DNA from: Trueperaceae bacterium
GTDB lineage: Bacteria; Deinococcota; Deinococci; Deinococcales; Trueperaceae
DNA length: 64,000 nt
NCBI GenBank assembly: GCA_965213705.1
Contig: OZ243913.1
Location: 1,184,001-1,248,000, forward strand
Direction: 5' to 3'
The translations under genes were made by a program, and so were the position numbers. Below, one piece after another: positions 20,620 to 31,410 of the stretch (position 1 is its first letter; each line of letters opens with the position of its first letter). The notes beneath the pieces are model-generated. The model did not search any database, was not told the origin of the DNA, and saw nothing but the letters and a program-made list of their open reading frames with translations.

Positions 20620-21681
20620 CTAATAGCTAAGCGCCACTTTGAGGGCTTCTGCTGGGTGTTGGTCTACCAAACTGTAAGCATCTGCCGCCTGAGCGAACGG
20701 AACGCGGTGGGTGATGAACTTAGTCACGTCCAAACTGCCGCGCAGCAAGTCCGCGGCCACCGCGCGAAGACGGCCCCGGTCCCAGGCCGGGTAGTCCCGG
20801 TGCGGATTGCCCCAGCCGCGCATGCTCGAGACCATCGTGAGGCGGTTGTGATGCCACTCCTCGCCGAGCCGTAGCGCCGAGCCGCCCCCTTGGTAAAAAC
20901 CTGCCGCCACGACCACCCCCGCCGGGCGCACGCTCCGCATCGCCTGGTGCAGCGCGGCGTAGTTTCCCGAAAACTCTATCGCCACGTCCGCGCCCCTCCC
21001 GTTGACGCTTTTCAGGTCGTCCGTCGTCTTGACTTTAAGGCCTACGTCCACGGCTGCCGGGTCGAGGGTGAGGTCGGCACCGAGCTGAACTGCCAACTCG
21101 CGGCGGACGGCCAGCGGGTCCACCGCGCCGACCCAAGCCGCGCCGGCAAGGCGGGCGAGCTGGACCGCCAACAAGCCTAGAGCCCCGAGGCCGAACACCA
21201 AAACCCGGTCACCGACTTTGACACGTGCGTCGTGTACGGCTTGCAGGGCGATGCCGGTCGTCTCGAGCAGGACGGCCTGCTCGGGTTCCAGGCCGTTTGG
21301 GAGGTGGCCCAGGACACCCTGCCCCACCCGCGCGTCCACTGCAAAGGTGTGCGTTTCACGATGGGGCAAGGGCAAGTGAACCAGGTCGCCGACCTGAAAC
21401 TCACCCACCCCTACGCCCACCTCGCTGACGCGGCCGAGCCATTCGTAGCCCAAAGTCATAGGATAGGCGTCTTGAACCGGGTCAGGAACGAACAGTCGCA
21501 GCTCCGGATCGAAACGCTTCTCGCCGAAAGCCGAGGTGCCGCGGTAAAGGCTCAACTCCGTGCCGTGGCTGAGCGCGCTCAAAACGGCCTCGGCCCGAAC
21601 CTCTCTGGGCGCGAGCGGCGCTTCGGCGTAGCTCGAAAGTGCGAGGGTTCGCGGTGCGGTCAGCAACATTTCCTGGGGCAT
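20620..21681 (-). CDS. MDR-family (zinc-binding-type) dehydrogenase
   Basis: LSHGTE, LGYE, VFGLGALGL Rossmann motif, GADVAIEFSG. Confidence 0.9.
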   Translation of the reverse strand: MPQEMLLTAPRTLALSSYAEAPLAPREVRAEAVLSALSHGTELSLYRGTSAFGEKRFDPELRLFVPDPVQDAYPMTLGYEWLGRVSEVGVGVGEFQVGDLVHLPLPHRETHTFAVDARVGQGVLGHLPNGLEPEQAVLLETTGIALQAVHDARVKVGDRVLVFGLGALGLLAVQLARLAGAAWVGAVDPLAVRRELAVQLGADLTLDPAAVDVGLKVKTTDDLKSVNGRGADVAIEFSGNYAALHQAMRSVRPAGVVVAAGFYQGGGSALRLGEEWHHNRLTMVSSMRGWGNPHRDYPAWDRGRLRAVAADLLRGSLDVTKFITHRVPFAQAADAYSLVDQHPAEALKVALSY

Positions 21682-21729
21682 GAAACGTCTCCGGAGTCAG
21701 ATGACGTAGGATACCAGGGAGGAGGTTTA

Positions 21730-22614
21730 ATGACCTTCGGCCTGCACGCGTCCATGCTCGAGCCTTACTACCCTTTTCCGGACAGCCTCGTTAAAACGGC
21801 CGAAATGGGGGCAGACAGTTTTGAAATCGACATCGAGCTGTCCCGGCACGGCGAGCCCTGGCACCAGCGTCGCGGCGCTTGGCACGCGAGGTTGAAGCTC
21901 GCCCGTGAGGTAGCGGTAGACGTAGGCCTTGCCCTACCCTCGCTCTGCCTCGGCGCACTCTGGCAGTACAGCCTCGCCAGCAGTAACGAACATGAGCGGG
22001 CCACCGCGGTTGAAATCGTCGAGGACGCTGTGACTTGGGCCGCGAGCTTGGGTGCGTCCGCCTTGCTGCTTCCGGTCGGCCAGCCGCCAGGCTTGGCGGT
22101 GACGGCGGCTCGGCGAAACCTCGTAGCGAGTCTGCGACGCTGTTTGAAAGTTGCAGAACCAGCTGAAGTAACCCTGGCGCTAGAAAACTTAAGTCAGCGG
22201 CTGCTTTACACGTCCGCCGACTTTCTTAACGTTTTGGCGGAGGTTGACTCTCCCAACTGCGGCATCTACTTTGACCCAGGCAACCTGATGTATGTCGGCG
22301 AAGACCCGGCGACGGCCCTGCAGCGCCTTGGGTCTTACGTTGTCCGCGTCCACCTGAAAGACACCGCGGCGATACGCCGTAAGGTAACCATGCCTGGGCA
22401 CGCCGTAGGAGAATTCAGCCTCTGGGAGAGCCGAACGTCCGTTCCTCTTGGCAAGGGTGACGTCGATTGGGCTGCGCTTAGGGATGCGCTTGACACCATC
22501 GACTATAAAGCCGGCTTTGTTCTCGAGGTCCCGCCGGCACCTGCAGATGCTTGCCGTGTCCAACTGGATACCGCGCGACGCTTTTTCAAACTGTATCCAC
22601 GAAACAATTTGTGA
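21730..22614 (+). CDS. Sugar phosphate isomerase/epimerase (xylose isomerase-like TIM barrel)
   Basis: LALEN, FDPGN, VHLKD, LGKGDVDW, VLE; GGAGG RBS before ATG 21730. Confidence 0.88.
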   Translation: MTFGLHASMLEPYYPFPDSLVKTAEMGADSFEIDIELSRHGEPWHQRRGAWHARLKLAREVAVDVGLALPSLCLGALWQYSLASSNEHERATAVEIVEDAVTWAASLGASALLLPVGQPPGLAVTAARRNLVASLRRCLKVAEPAEVTLALENLSQRLLYTSADFLNVLAEVDSPNCGIYFDPGNLMYVGEDPATALQRLGSYVVRVHLKDTAAIRRKVTMPGHAVGEFSLWESRTSVPLGKGDVDWAALRDALDTIDYKAGFVLEVPPAPADACRVQLDTARRFFKLYPRNNL

Positions 22615-22634
22615 CGGGTTTTTAGCCTGTTCTC

Positions 22635-23054
22635 ACGCTGAACATCGGGGTGGGCAACCTGGTCGTGGTTAAACGAAGTACCGCCGTCTGCGACGAGAAG
22701 GTGATACCCTTTCCGTTTAATTCCCTCGGAATTGAATGCGAGCAGAGGGAGAAGAAATAAATACGAATTCCGGTAAGGAAGCGAAATACTCTTCCAAGGT
22801 TTACGAGCTGTATTACCGGAATCCATATGAGGTGTGCTATGAGCTGTACGGCACAGTTGACCGGCCCGGTTACGGCTTTGTCTTCGGACGGGGTGGCACG
22901 GCGGCTTCAATGATGAAGAGGTCGACATCTTTCTGGACGTGACCGGGGTGGTACTGCCGTCGATTGCTTCGTGTGCGAGAGCGTGGGGCAGCTCAAGCGG
23001 GACTTTCGGCAAGAGAAATTCAAAGAGGCGTTCGGGGCTCGAGCCCAGGTGTAG
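22635..23054 (+). pseudogene. Decayed paralogue of 13544-13846, interrupted by a MITE
   Basis: Colinear nucleotide similarity; ATG mutated to ACG, indels, 123-bp insertion. Confidence 0.85.
22705..22827. mobile_element. 123-bp MITE with TGA target duplication
   Basis: Absent from the paralogue; flanked by TGA (22702-22704, 22828-22830); imperfect ends TACCCTTTCCG / CGGAATCCATA. Confidence 0.7.
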
Positions 23055-23227
23055 CAAAATTTGTCTATCTCCTGTCAATTCGACACACCCCTACACCTCC
23101 GCACCGCATTACCCAGGGTTCGTCTGACGAACGACAGCATTTTTAAAGCGGGCATATCGAACTGGTACAACACGGTCAGCAGACAAGTCCGCAACAGGTG
23201 TCCACAGTCAGACGGCACCCCCGCACT

Positions 23228-24238
23228 TCACAGGTATTTGCCCACTTGTTCGCTGAGGTCGCAAGCTTCGGCGACGAATTCGTAGGAGCGCAGACGTTCG
23301 GCCGGGTCGTAGATGGCTGAGCTGATCATTAACTCGTCGGCCCCACTCGCCGCGGCTTGCTTTTCGAGTTCCGCGCGCACCGTTGCCGGGTCGCCGACAA
23401 TCAAGAGCCGGCGGTTACCAAGCACGACGGCGCGCTCCTCGGGAGTGTACGGGTACGCCTCGGCTTCCTCAGGACTGGGGTAGGCGTCGACCTGACCGCG
23501 CTGCAGCCGCAACCGGAACAGGTCGAGAGATTTCGCCAAATGGTCGGCGCGCTCGGCGGTCTCGGCACAAACGACCGAGACGGCAAGGATGGCGTGGGGC
23601 GCTGCAAAAGCCGTACTAGGCTCGAAGCTTTCACGGTAAGCCTGCAGGTGCGGCGCGGCGGGTGACGGGCTGAAGTGGCTGGCGAAGCTGTAGCCTAAGC
23701 CCAGCGAACCGGCGAACCTAGCGCTGGCCCCGCTCGAGCCCAGCAGCCAAATCGGCGGCAAGGTGACGCCACGCGGCACGACCTTGACCTCGTAAAACGG
23801 ATGGTCTTCGGGCAGGGTACCTGCAGAGAGGTCGCGCAGTTCCGCCAAGTGCTGGGGAAAGCTCTCGCCGCCGAAGGAGCGTAAGGCTCGGCTCGTTACG
23901 GGGTCGGTGCCGGGGGCGCGGCCGATGCCTAAGTCGATGCGTCCGGGATACAACGCTTGAAGCGTGTGGAAGCGCTCGGCGACTTGCAAGGGCGCGTGGT
24001 TCGGCAGCATGACGCCGCCCGACCCCACCCGAATCCGCTTCGTCGCGCCGGCGATGTAGCCGATGAGAATCTCGGGCGCGGAGCTGGCGATGCTCGGCAT
24101 ATTGTGGTGTTCGGCGAACCAGTAGCGCGTGTAGCCGAGCCGTTCGGCTGTTCTGGCAAGGTCGACGGTGCGGCGCAGCGCGTCTGCGGCCGTGTCCTGG
24201 GCGGTGACGGGGGCTAAGTCGAGAACGGAGAGCTGCAT
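23228..24238 (-). CDS. LLM-class flavin-dependent oxidoreductase
   Basis: [40 protein letters not shown]. Confidence 0.95.
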   Translation of the reverse strand: MQLSVLDLAPVTAQDTAADALRRTVDLARTAERLGYTRYWFAEHHNMPSIASSAPEILIGYIAGATKRIRVGSGGVMLPNHAPLQVAERFHTLQALYPGRIDLGIGRAPGTDPVTSRALRSFGGESFPQHLAELRDLSAGTLPEDHPFYEVKVVPRGVTLPPIWLLGSSGASARFAGSLGLGYSFASHFSPSPAAPHLQAYRESFEPSTAFAAPHAILAVSVVCAETAERADHLAKSLDLFRLRLQRGQVDAYPSPEEAEAYPYTPEERAVVLGNRRLLIVGDPATVRAELEKQAAASGADELMISSAIYDPAERLRSYEFVAEACDLSEQVGKYL

Positions 24239-24258
24239 AGCTCAGGGTAAGGGTACAA

Positions 24259-24642
24259 ATGGCACCGGCGTGTTGCGCGGCCGGTGCAGAAGCGCCTCCT
24301 CACGCACATCTAAATTTAAGTTGCTCCTCGATGATTCTGAGCGGTCGCAAACTTACCCTGTCGTCTACCGAGTTCGTCATCCTCACGGCGACGATTTTGC
24401 TCGTGGCGCTGTCGATCGACGGGATGTTGCCCGCGCTGCCCGAGATTGCTCAGGATGGCGGTGTACAAGACACAAACGACCGCCAACTCGTCGCTTCTGT
24501 GTTGTTCTTGGGCCTGGCGGTGGGCCAGCTTTTTTACGGCCCGCTATCCGACACGAACGTCCGGAAACCGGCGATTTACGCGGGCTTCGGCCTGTTTATC
24601 GTCGGCTGTGTACTGTCTATGCTGGCGACGAGTTTGCCGTAA
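24259..24642 (+). pseudogene. Bcr/CflA-type MFS transporter, N-terminal fragment
   Basis: ALSIDGMLPALPEI, GQLFYGPLSD..RKP; stops after about 3 TMs. Confidence 0.8.
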
Positions 24643-24731
24643 TAGTTGGTGGGCTCGGCAAAGAAAAAGCGGGGCACAACCTAGCCCCGACTTTCTCGGT
24701 TCAACTTGCCGCAGCTACTTGCAAAAACTTC

Positions 24732-25436
24732 TTAAGCGCCCACAGCGTCCAGCGCCTGTCGAAATGTTTCGGTGGCGCGAACGATGCTCTCCAAGCCGGT
24801 ACCGGTGACGGCGTAGCCAATCAGATAGTTGACCGCGCCGTTTTCGACCAGCATGGGCAAATCGGCAGGAGTCAGCTTTCTATCGGTGGGTATAACCAAA
24901 GGCGTGCCGCTGCCCTGCAGCGCTTTAAGGACTAACTTGATGCGCACGACATCGTCCATGCTTAAAGGGTCTCCGAACGTCTCGACAGGAAGGAACGACC
25001 CCTCGATAACGTCTACTTCCGGCAAAGAACCGAGTGTAGCAATCATATCGAGCGTGTAGTCGGGGGTTGGTCCCAACCACTTCGTGATACCAGAAACACG
25101 CAGCATGTCAGGATGCGCGAACTTGGCATACAAGTCGACAAAATCAAACCCCATGTCACGGAGCTGTTCGACCTCGTCCGCACTCGTTCCGGCCCGCCCT
25201 CGGGGCACAATGCCGACAGGGACGGTTACGGCTTCGATGACCGCCTGTATTCTGTCGCGCTCGCGTTCTAGGTCGGGTATGACAATTCCTGTCACTCTGT
25301 GAGCTAGGTTGGTGTGTAGTTTGATGCCGTCCGCTCCGGCCTCCTCAACGGCCTTGGCAATTTCAGCGGAATTTTCGATCAAACTGACGCAGAGGGTAGG
25401 TTGCTGGCTTTTGAGCATTTCTAATATTCGAGGCAT
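24732..25436 (-). CDS. Hypothetical protein, probable TIM barrel
   Basis: VSL..N...AGADGIKLH.N, VPVGIVP; last gene of the operon; AAGGAG RBS. Confidence 0.7.
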   Translation of the reverse strand: MPRILEMLKSQQPTLCVSLIENSAEIAKAVEEAGADGIKLHTNLAHRVTGIVIPDLERERDRIQAVIEAVTVPVGIVPRGRAGTSADEVEQLRDMGFDFVDLYAKFAHPDMLRVSGITKWLGPTPDYTLDMIATLGSLPEVDVIEGSFLPVETFGDPLSMDDVVRIKLVLKALQGSGTPLVIPTDRKLTPADLPMLVENGAVNYLIGYAVTGTGLESIVRATETFRQALDAVGA

Positions 25437-25478
25437 GACTTCTCCTTCTTGTTTAATTAGTTACGCACTTTTTAACGT

Positions 25479-27101
25479 TCAGTCGACTGTCCCGAAGGGT
25501 TGGTCACGAGAGGTTAGGCGAATGTCTTCTGGCCAAGAAAGTTCGACACCGAAAAGATTTACCAAAAGGTCTCGAAACTCTAGCAATCGAACACCGTCAT
25601 TTCGAACCTGACGGGGCATCAGATTGTGGTTGAGACAGTGCGCCGCCAAAGCACCCGCCGCCTCGCCAATGTTCCATTCAACCGGATGGAGACGATAACA
25701 ACCGTTGGTGATGTGGGTCGTGCCAATGTTTTTGTTAGCCGGCAGAACGTTCTCTACCCGGACAGGTATAAGGGCACCCAAAGGAATTTGGAAAGGCCAG
25801 TTGCTCACGTCGACGTAGTCTCGCTGACCGGTGCTGGGGTGAAGGTCGATTCGGTAAGAACCGATACCGACGGAGTCATGAAAGACCTCGGCCCCTTGTA
25901 TGCCTTCGCGAGCTACAACACCGACGTGCTGTTCCAAAACTGTAAACTCAGCCCGAATGCGGCGGGATTCGCGTATGTAAGGAAAAAGAGCCAGCCCGTG
26001 GTTTGTGCCGGTTACGTCTCCGCGGAGTTTTAACCCAGAATAGCCAGTTCCACCGTCGAGCCGGGGTGCCTCGGTTTGCATCCAGTAAACCATTGAAAGG
26101 CCGAGTTGATGCGCGCCGCGCAAGTGCCGCCGCTTTTCTTCTTCGGTGACTCCAACGATGGGGCCAAGGGTGTAGTCGAGCTGCGGCCAGTTCGCGACGG
26201 TGATGTCACTGTCGAAGGTGCTTTCGGGGTAGGCCTTGCGGTAGAGAATCCGGCGGAAGTGCCACAGGTCGTCGATGCCTACGGCGTCGGTGTCCCCAGC
26301 GAAGATAGGTCGGGTATAAGGCTCGAGAGTGATGGGGTGACTCGTCGTCCAGCTGAGTTGCTTGGCCGGCCAGTAGCTGGGGTGGTAGTCACGCCAGAAG
26401 TCGTAGTCGGCGGGTTTTTCGATGGTGTGGTCCTCCCCCGGGTGGAAACTGAGTGCGAAACACCAGCTGACTGCCTGCTGGTCGAGTGGGTCGGCCTCGC
26501 CGGGTAGCGCCTGAGGTTCCCCCGTCTGAGCCTGGCTCTCAGAGCCCATGACGTGTTCGATGTCGGCCAGCTCGAGGAGGTCACCGAGCTCCGTGGCATC
26601 TATGACGAAAGGTGCTTCAACTGTGAGTGTGTCACCTGTTTCTTCGTTGCGGAAAGTCACCGTGGTGATGCGGTCGCGGCTGGTTTCAGCAGAAATAGGC
26701 TTGTGGTGGGTGAGGACGGTCATTTTCTGGCTTGCTCTTAAGGGAGCTATCATCTCTTCAATGACTGCGAGAGCTACGCGAGGCTCATGACACAATGGGC
26801 TCACGAAACCCATTCCTGGGTTGAGAAAAGGGTCACTTTTGAAACGGTCTAGGAGCGGATAATTTCTGCGGTAGTAGTTCCGTATCTTGTCGCGCAACAG
26901 GCGGTAGCTAGAGGTGCAACCAACGGATTCTATCCACGGATGTTCGTCTGGAGGAACGGCCTGGGTGGTGAGTTGGCCGCCCAGCCATTTCGTTTCTTCA
27001 GTGAGGATGACCCGACGTCCGAGTTGCACTGCGGCGAGAGCCGCGGCGATGCCGCCGAGCCCCCCACCAACGATAAGAACGTCCGTTTTGCCCTCTCTCA
27101 T
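25479..27101 (-). CDS. FAD-dependent oxidoreductase
   Basis: DVLIVGGGLGGIAAA, LGGQLT.Q.VP.DE, IDATELGD, PYIRESRRI, RLHPVEWNIGEAAG. Confidence 0.92.
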   Translation of the reverse strand: MREGKTDVLIVGGGLGGIAAALAAVQLGRRVILTEETKWLGGQLTTQAVPPDEHPWIESVGCTSSYRLLRDKIRNYYRRNYPLLDRFKSDPFLNPGMGFVSPLCHEPRVALAVIEEMIAPLRASQKMTVLTHHKPISAETSRDRITTVTFRNEETGDTLTVEAPFVIDATELGDLLELADIEHVMGSESQAQTGEPQALPGEADPLDQQAVSWCFALSFHPGEDHTIEKPADYDFWRDYHPSYWPAKQLSWTTSHPITLEPYTRPIFAGDTDAVGIDDLWHFRRILYRKAYPESTFDSDITVANWPQLDYTLGPIVGVTEEEKRRHLRGAHQLGLSMVYWMQTEAPRLDGGTGYSGLKLRGDVTGTNHGLALFPYIRESRRIRAEFTVLEQHVGVVAREGIQGAEVFHDSVGIGSYRIDLHPSTGQRDYVDVSNWPFQIPLGALIPVRVENVLPANKNIGTTHITNGCYRLHPVEWNIGEAAGALAAHCLNHNLMPRQVRNDGVRLLEFRDLLVNLFGVELSWPEDIRLTSRDQPFGTVD

Positions 27102-27129
27102 GCAATCTCCTCAATGCTTTTGATTTTTA

Positions 27130-28002
27130 TTACCCCTTAACTCCCGAGAGTGTGAAGCTCTCAACGATTTGTCGCTGAGCTAGGACGTAGACGATAAGCA
27201 CCGGAATGACGGAAAGAGTTGTGGCAGCCAGTTGGAGGTTCCATATAGGCAGGCCATACGTGTCGTTGTAGTTGTTGAGGGAAAGAGGCAAGGTAAACAG
27301 TTTTAGATCGTTTACAAAAACAAGAGGTTCTAAAAAAAGGTTCCAACTGTAAAGAAACGAAAGAATCGCCAAAGCACCGATAGCTGGCCGCGCGATGGGT
27401 AAGGCGATACGCCAAAAAGTCCCAAAGCGGTTGAGGCCATCGATCATGGCAGCGTCTTCGATTTCTTGGGGTAGGCTGAGAAAAAATTGTCGCATGAGAA
27501 AGGTACCGACGACCCCGTTCGCTCCAAAAACAGGTAAGAGAATGAGCGGAACGTGCGTGTCCACGAGGCCGAGGGACGACATCAGGAAAAAGTTCGGGAT
27601 AATGGTGACTTCAGTCGGCATCATCAGGGCACTGAGCAAGGCCAAGAAAATGAAGGTTTTGCCCCTGAACTTTATGCGCGCGAAAGCGTAACCGGCCAAG
27701 GAAGACACAAAAATCGTGCCGGCTGTGACGATGACGGCGATGTAGAGGCTGTTGAAGTAGTGCCGGGCAAACGGTTGGTAGGCAAAAACGTCGACGAAAT
27801 TCTGCCAGCGCCAGGTCGTGGGTAGCAAGGTGGGAGGGAAAGTAAAAATCTCGGTTGCAGACTTGAACGAACTGGTTATCATCCACCAAAACGGAAAGAT
27901 GAAGGGAATGCTGAGAAGCGCGAGTGAGACGTACCACAAAGCTGTAATGCTTGAGCGCCTGAACCTAGCACGACCTTTGGTTCCCTGGCGAACTCTCGTC
28001 AT
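27130..28002 (-). CDS. Carbohydrate ABC permease
   Basis: IEDAAMIDG, WN.FL.PL, ends SGVKG. Confidence 0.93.
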   Translation of the reverse strand: MTRVRQGTKGRARFRRSSITALWYVSLALLSIPFIFPFWWMITSSFKSATEIFTFPPTLLPTTWRWQNFVDVFAYQPFARHYFNSLYIAVIVTAGTIFVSSLAGYAFARIKFRGKTFIFLALLSALMMPTEVTIIPNFFLMSSLGLVDTHVPLILLPVFGANGVVGTFLMRQFFLSLPQEIEDAAMIDGLNRFGTFWRIALPIARPAIGALAILSFLYSWNLFLEPLVFVNDLKLFTLPLSLNNYNDTYGLPIWNLQLAATTLSVIPVLIVYVLAQRQIVESFTLSGVKG

Positions 28003-28928
28003 TCGGCCGCCCTCTGACGCAAGAACCACTGAACAATAGTAAGTGCGAGGGTGATGAAAAAGAGGATGACGGCGATGGTGCTCGCATACCCTGTTGCGAA
28101 GAAACGAAACCCTTGCTGGTAGATATAAAAAACGAGAACGAGAGTGGCGTTCGAGGGGCCGCCCGCCGTCATAAGCAGAATATGGTCGAAAACCTGAAGC
28201 GAACCGATGATGGTGATGACAGTAATGAGCAAGGTGGTGGGCGCAAGGAGGGGCAATTTTATTAGGAACAGGGTTTGCCACGCGCTTGCGCCATCTACAT
28301 GAGCGGCGTCACTATACTCTTTGGAAATGCTCTTAATGGCTGCGAGGTAGATGATGATGTTGAGACCAACGTTTTTCAAGACCCGCGTAAAGATGACGGC
28401 GACCATAGCCCAACTTGGCTCACGCAACCAGTTTGGGCCCGCAATGCCTACCAAAGCTAGCATTTGGTTAACAGTACCTTGCTCGCCCTGAAGCATAAAG
28501 CGCCACACAATAGCCCAGGCCACGGCGGACGTCACGACCGGAGCAAAAAAGAGCGTGCGAAAGAAGGTTACCCCAGGTAGTTGACGCGCCAAGAGAAGGG
28601 CAAGGGTTAGGGCGAGGACGATGTTGAAAGGAACGAGGCCAGCTGTAAAGACCAGCGTGTTGACTAGAACCTTTCGGAACACGGGGTCTTGTAAAAAGGC
28701 GCGTTGGAAATTCTCAAGCGCGACAAAGGTGCTTGTACCCGTCAACAGGTTGCGTTGGTGCAGGCTGTAGTAAAAAACAGCGACAAGCGGACCGACCACG
28801 AAGAGAATAAATCCAATGACTTGCGGTGATATAAACAGATAACCGAAAAAAGCATCCTGACGAGCTAAAGAAAAGCCTCTATTTTTGCGAACTGTGGCTC
28901 TGACGTGCGGTCTGTTCTTGCTGGTCAT
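27999..28928 (-). CDS. Sugar ABC permease
   Basis: YSDAAHVDGA, LQVFD..MT.GGP. Confidence 0.93.
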   Translation of the reverse strand: MTSKNRPHVRATVRKNRGFSLARQDAFFGYLFISPQVIGFILFVVGPLVAVFYYSLHQRNLLTGTSTFVALENFQRAFLQDPVFRKVLVNTLVFTAGLVPFNIVLALTLALLLARQLPGVTFFRTLFFAPVVTSAVAWAIVWRFMLQGEQGTVNQMLALVGIAGPNWLREPSWAMVAVIFTRVLKNVGLNIIIYLAAIKSISKEYSDAAHVDGASAWQTLFLIKLPLLAPTTLLITVITIIGSLQVFDHILLMTAGGPSNATLVLVFYIYQQGFRFFATGYASTIAVILFFITLALTIVQWFLRQRAAE

Positions 28929-29002
28929 CTACGTCCCTTTCAAAGAGCGGACGAAACAGTGAGAAACCAGAGTGAGCTTTGTTGGCTCACTCTGGTAACG
29001 CT

Positions 29003-30283
29003 CTACCTTGCAGTCAGAAGTGGGTTGATGGCGTTGCAGACCTCTGAAAGGACTGCCTGCACGTCCACGTCAGGGCGCCACAGGGAATCGAAAACAGGTC
29101 TGGCCGTCGCGTCGATCTGCGGAAAGTTTGGATGTGAGGGAATGACTGAGCCTTGGGCGATACCGTCAGCAATGATAGTCATGTCTTCTGCCGAGACAAG
29201 GGGGTTGCTGTCTAAAAAACTACTGGACTCGAGGACGGATAGCCGCGCCGGGGGAAAGTAGGCGGCCATCGTTGCCACATTCTCCGCGCGCGTCATGAAC
29301 TTAACGAACTCTGCCGCCAGTTCGCGGTTCTTCGCATTTTGAAATACGACAATGGCTGCCTGACCTATAATGGGCGCGTCGCCTGCCGGACCGCTGGGCA
29401 GAGGAGCGATGCCCCATTCGAAAGAAGCGTCAACTAGCTGGGCCGCGCGGCTGAGCTGACTGATGGTCAGGGCGGAACGGCCTGAGAAGAAACCGGCCTG
29501 CTCCCCGGGCGGTACGACACTTCGGTCCTCAAAAACCATGTTGTGGAAAAGCTGTGTAGCTGAAACGGCCTCGGGACTGTCGAGCTGGCACTCGGTACCT
29601 TCGCTATTCCACGCATCGGCCCCGTAAGCGCGCAGTAAAGGGGTGATGGTGACCCACACGCGCGGACCAAAGCCTTCACCGTCCGTCGTCTCGAAACCGT
29701 AGGTACCTGCGGGGGTTGCGTCCGCTGTGGCTTTAGCAACTTCGGCTAACTTTTCCCAGGTCCATTCGCCGTTTGCGGCGAGTTCGGCAGGTGTAGGCAC
29801 GCCCGCAGCCTCGAACATGTCACGGTTGAAGTAGGTAAAGAATGGAGAGGTCGAGAAAGGAATGCCGTAAACGGCGTCATCCTTGACCCAAAGTTGCAGG
29901 GAGGTCTCGGAAAAATCGGCGAAATTATAGCCTGGGTCGTTTCTCAGAACGGAAGCTAGGTCTGTCAGGACCCCAGCGTCAACGAAGGTGGGTGCGGCCG
30001 CTTCGGCGAGCCAACCCAGGTCAGGCGGATTGCCCCCAGCAAGTTGAATTGTTACTTTTTCGACGTAATCCCCAAACGGAATCACGTCGAGCTGAACGTC
30101 GACGTTGGGGTGTTCCTGTTTGAACGACTCGGCGAATCCATTTAGCATGTCGAGGTGCGCTTGGTTGCCGCTCCAGATGGTAAAACGAAGCGTCGTGGGT
30201 TGGTCTTGTGCAATCCCGAACCCTAACAGCAACGACAAACCCAGAATAATGACGCGCTGACCGTACCTTACAGTTTTCCGCAT
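29003..30283 (-). CDS. Sugar ABC substrate-binding protein
   Basis: Signal peptide, AGGNPPD, YFNRDMFEAAGV, WTWE. Confidence 0.93.
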   Translation of the reverse strand: MRKTVRYGQRVIILGLSLLLGFGIAQDQPTTLRFTIWSGNQAHLDMLNGFAESFKQEHPNVDVQLDVIPFGDYVEKVTIQLAGGNPPDLGWLAEAAAPTFVDAGVLTDLASVLRNDPGYNFADFSETSLQLWVKDDAVYGIPFSTSPFFTYFNRDMFEAAGVPTPAELAANGEWTWEKLAEVAKATADATPAGTYGFETTDGEGFGPRVWVTITPLLRAYGADAWNSEGTECQLDSPEAVSATQLFHNMVFEDRSVVPPGEQAGFFSGRSALTISQLSRAAQLVDASFEWGIAPLPSGPAGDAPIIGQAAIVVFQNAKNRELAAEFVKFMTRAENVATMAAYFPPARLSVLESSSFLDSNPLVSAEDMTIIADGIAQGSVIPSHPNFPQIDATARPVFDSLWRPDVDVQAVLSEVCNAINPLLTAR

Positions 30284-30344
30284 TCTTTACCTCCGCAATG
30301 AGAATGAGTTAAATTTATTGGCTTCGGTTTACTGTACCGGTCGT

Positions 30345-31397
30345 TTAGGCGCTCCCTCCTGTTCTTGGGGGACCGGATGTCCGTCCCTTAATGAAAGTGC
30401 ATGGCAGCGTGACGCTTCGGGCATCTATTTGCTTCGCCTCGAGGATTTCGATAAGCAAGCGAACCGCGTGACGACCCATGTCGCGTCGTGGAATTTTGAA
30501 GGTAGTCCAGTCTGGAACATCTTCCGTGGACTCGAGGGGATCGCCTAAAACAGCGAGAGAAAAATCTCGTGGTGGCCGCAAACCTCGTTTTTCCGCTAGG
30601 CGCATCAGCGGTTTGGCAAGCATGTCGTCCTCGACAACAAATGCCGTGATGCCCTGCCGAAGCCATTCCTCAATTTGCTCTATAGTCAGCGCTTCGGGAA
30701 GTACGTGACGTCGATAATCAGAGACCAGTGGAATATCACAGTGCCGGTACGCAGCCTCAAAGCCCTGTTGGCGATCAACAACGGGTTCATGGATGTTTTG
30801 CGAACCGAGCATCAGAATCTTTCTGTGGCCGAAGTCGAAAAGGTACTTCACAACTTCTGACGTGGCTGCGGCGTAGTCTGCTGCCGAATAAACAATCTGC
30901 CTGTTTGGCACACTGCGCCTTCCGACATGGACGAAAGGATAGCCGTCGTCAAGGAGCTGAGTAATTTCGCTCTTGTCTTTCTCGCGGCCTATTAGAATTG
31001 ATCCATCAGCCACCTGCAACCTGTTCATGCCGTTGTTGTAAATTCGCCGCTTCCCATCAGGAGTATGAGTGCTTGTAAACAAAAGCAGGTCGTAGCCCAG
31101 TTTTTCGGACTCTTCCTCGATGCCCAGGAGAAACGGATGATAAAAGCTTTGCTGATCTACAGGAAAGATTGATTCGTGCGTAAAAACACCTAAGATTCGG
31201 TTTTGTCCTAGTGCAAGGCTACGTGCTACCGGGTTGGGAACGTAGCCAAGCTCCCGGACAGCCGCTAAGACTCGAGATTCTGTCTCAGGACTTACGCGGA
31301 TGCTAGAACCAGGCTTGTTGTTAACCACTTTGGAAACGACTGCGGTAGAGACGTTGGCTCGCCTCGCAACATCTGTCAACTTGGTTCGCTTCCTCAC
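30345..31397 (-). CDS. LacI-family regulator
   Basis: KLTDVARRANVSTAVVSKVVN; LGYVPNPVARSL. Confidence 0.93.
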   Translation of the reverse strand: MRKRTKLTDVARRANVSTAVVSKVVNNKPGSSIRVSPETESRVLAAVRELGYVPNPVARSLALGQNRILGVFTHESIFPVDQQSFYHPFLLGIEEESEKLGYDLLLFTSTHTPDGKRRIYNNGMNRLQVADGSILIGREKDKSEITQLLDDGYPFVHVGRRSVPNRQIVYSAADYAAATSEVVKYLFDFGHRKILMLGSQNIHEPVVDRQQGFEAAYRHCDIPLVSDYRRHVLPEALTIEQIEEWLRQGITAFVVEDDMLAKPLMRLAEKRGLRPPRDFSLAVLGDPLESTEDVPDWTTFKIPRRDMGRHAVRLLIEILEAKQIDARSVTLPCTFIKGRTSGPPRTGGSA

Positions 31398-31410
31398 TGC
31401 CGCTGACTCC

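Noticed and set aside
21232..21729. N-terminal extension of the 460-aa ORF
   Set aside because: Antisense to the dehydrogenase; the real start is ATG 21730 with a GGAGG RBS
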